From contig CAZECW010000032.1 in NCBI GenBank assembly GCA_964510585.1, forward strand, positions 1 through 24,233: a stretch of 24,233 nucleotides of DNA, read 5' to 3'. This document shows, one piece after another, positions 24,117 through 24,233 of this stretch. Below the pieces are notes generated by a model. That model saw only the letters and a list, made by a program, of their open reading frames with translations. It did no database searches and had not been told where the DNA came from. Source of the stretch: an uncultured archaeon. GTDB taxonomy: Archaea; Asgardarchaeota; Jordiarchaeia; Jordiarchaeales; Jordiarchaeaceae. The position numbers and the translations under genes are program-made. Each line of letters begins with the position of its first letter. The first letter of the stretch is position 1.

Positions 24117-24233
24117 AACTTCCACCTCAAAACAATTTCAAACCAAAATATGGTTAAAGTAATTAATTGCATTGCATATAAATACATTTCTTCCAAAAAG
24201 ATGGAGGAAAAGAGTTGACCAATATTTGAAGAA

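Noticed and set aside
1-24233. CRISPR array, rRNA or tRNA genes, Sec/Pyl read-through
   Set aside because: No regularly spaced repeats, no RNA gene signatures, and no intact gene needing stop-codon read-through were seen by eye.

Overview
Accessory metabolic region of an anaerobic archaeon. Evidence for this is GAGG/GGTGA-type ribosome-binding sites, TATA-like boxes, many TTG starts, C-rich plus T-tract terminators, superoxide reductase and a corrinoid protein. The style would fit an Asgard or Bathyarchaeia-like lineage, but taxonomy cannot be fixed from this window. I support 19 CDS: superoxide reductase, GH1 glycosidase, creatininase-family hydrolase, MaoC-like hotdog protein, three orphan membrane proteins, acyl-CoA ligase, sirtuin, a corrinoid protein plus UroD-family methyltransferase-like pair, short FKBP, divergent lipoate-protein ligase, ThDP enzyme, a flavoprotein/CCG Fe-S protein/flavoprotein operon, a soluble P-type-ATPase-like HAD and a Zn-dependent alcohol dehydrogenase. 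Several things are missing from the ORF track: the left end of an IS608-like IS200/IS605 element at the window start; a complete 333-bp non-autonomous element of that type with an omegaRNA-like structured 3' part; a probable decayed third end; and a heavily decayed IS5-family transposase pseudogene filling the 9.9-10.8 kb gap. The best candidate for an undescribed system is the 17.8-22.1 kb operon. There, two divergent VAO/PCMH-like flavoproteins lacking the GlcD EHG motif flank an HdrD/GlpC-like Fe-S protein, next to an atypical ThDP enzyme and a candidate O-demethylase module. Many transcription units also show a 5' G/T-rich to 3' A/C-rich gradient at third codon positions. No rRNA, tRNA or CRISPR array was seen. 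All comparisons to known proteins are from memory and need alignment.
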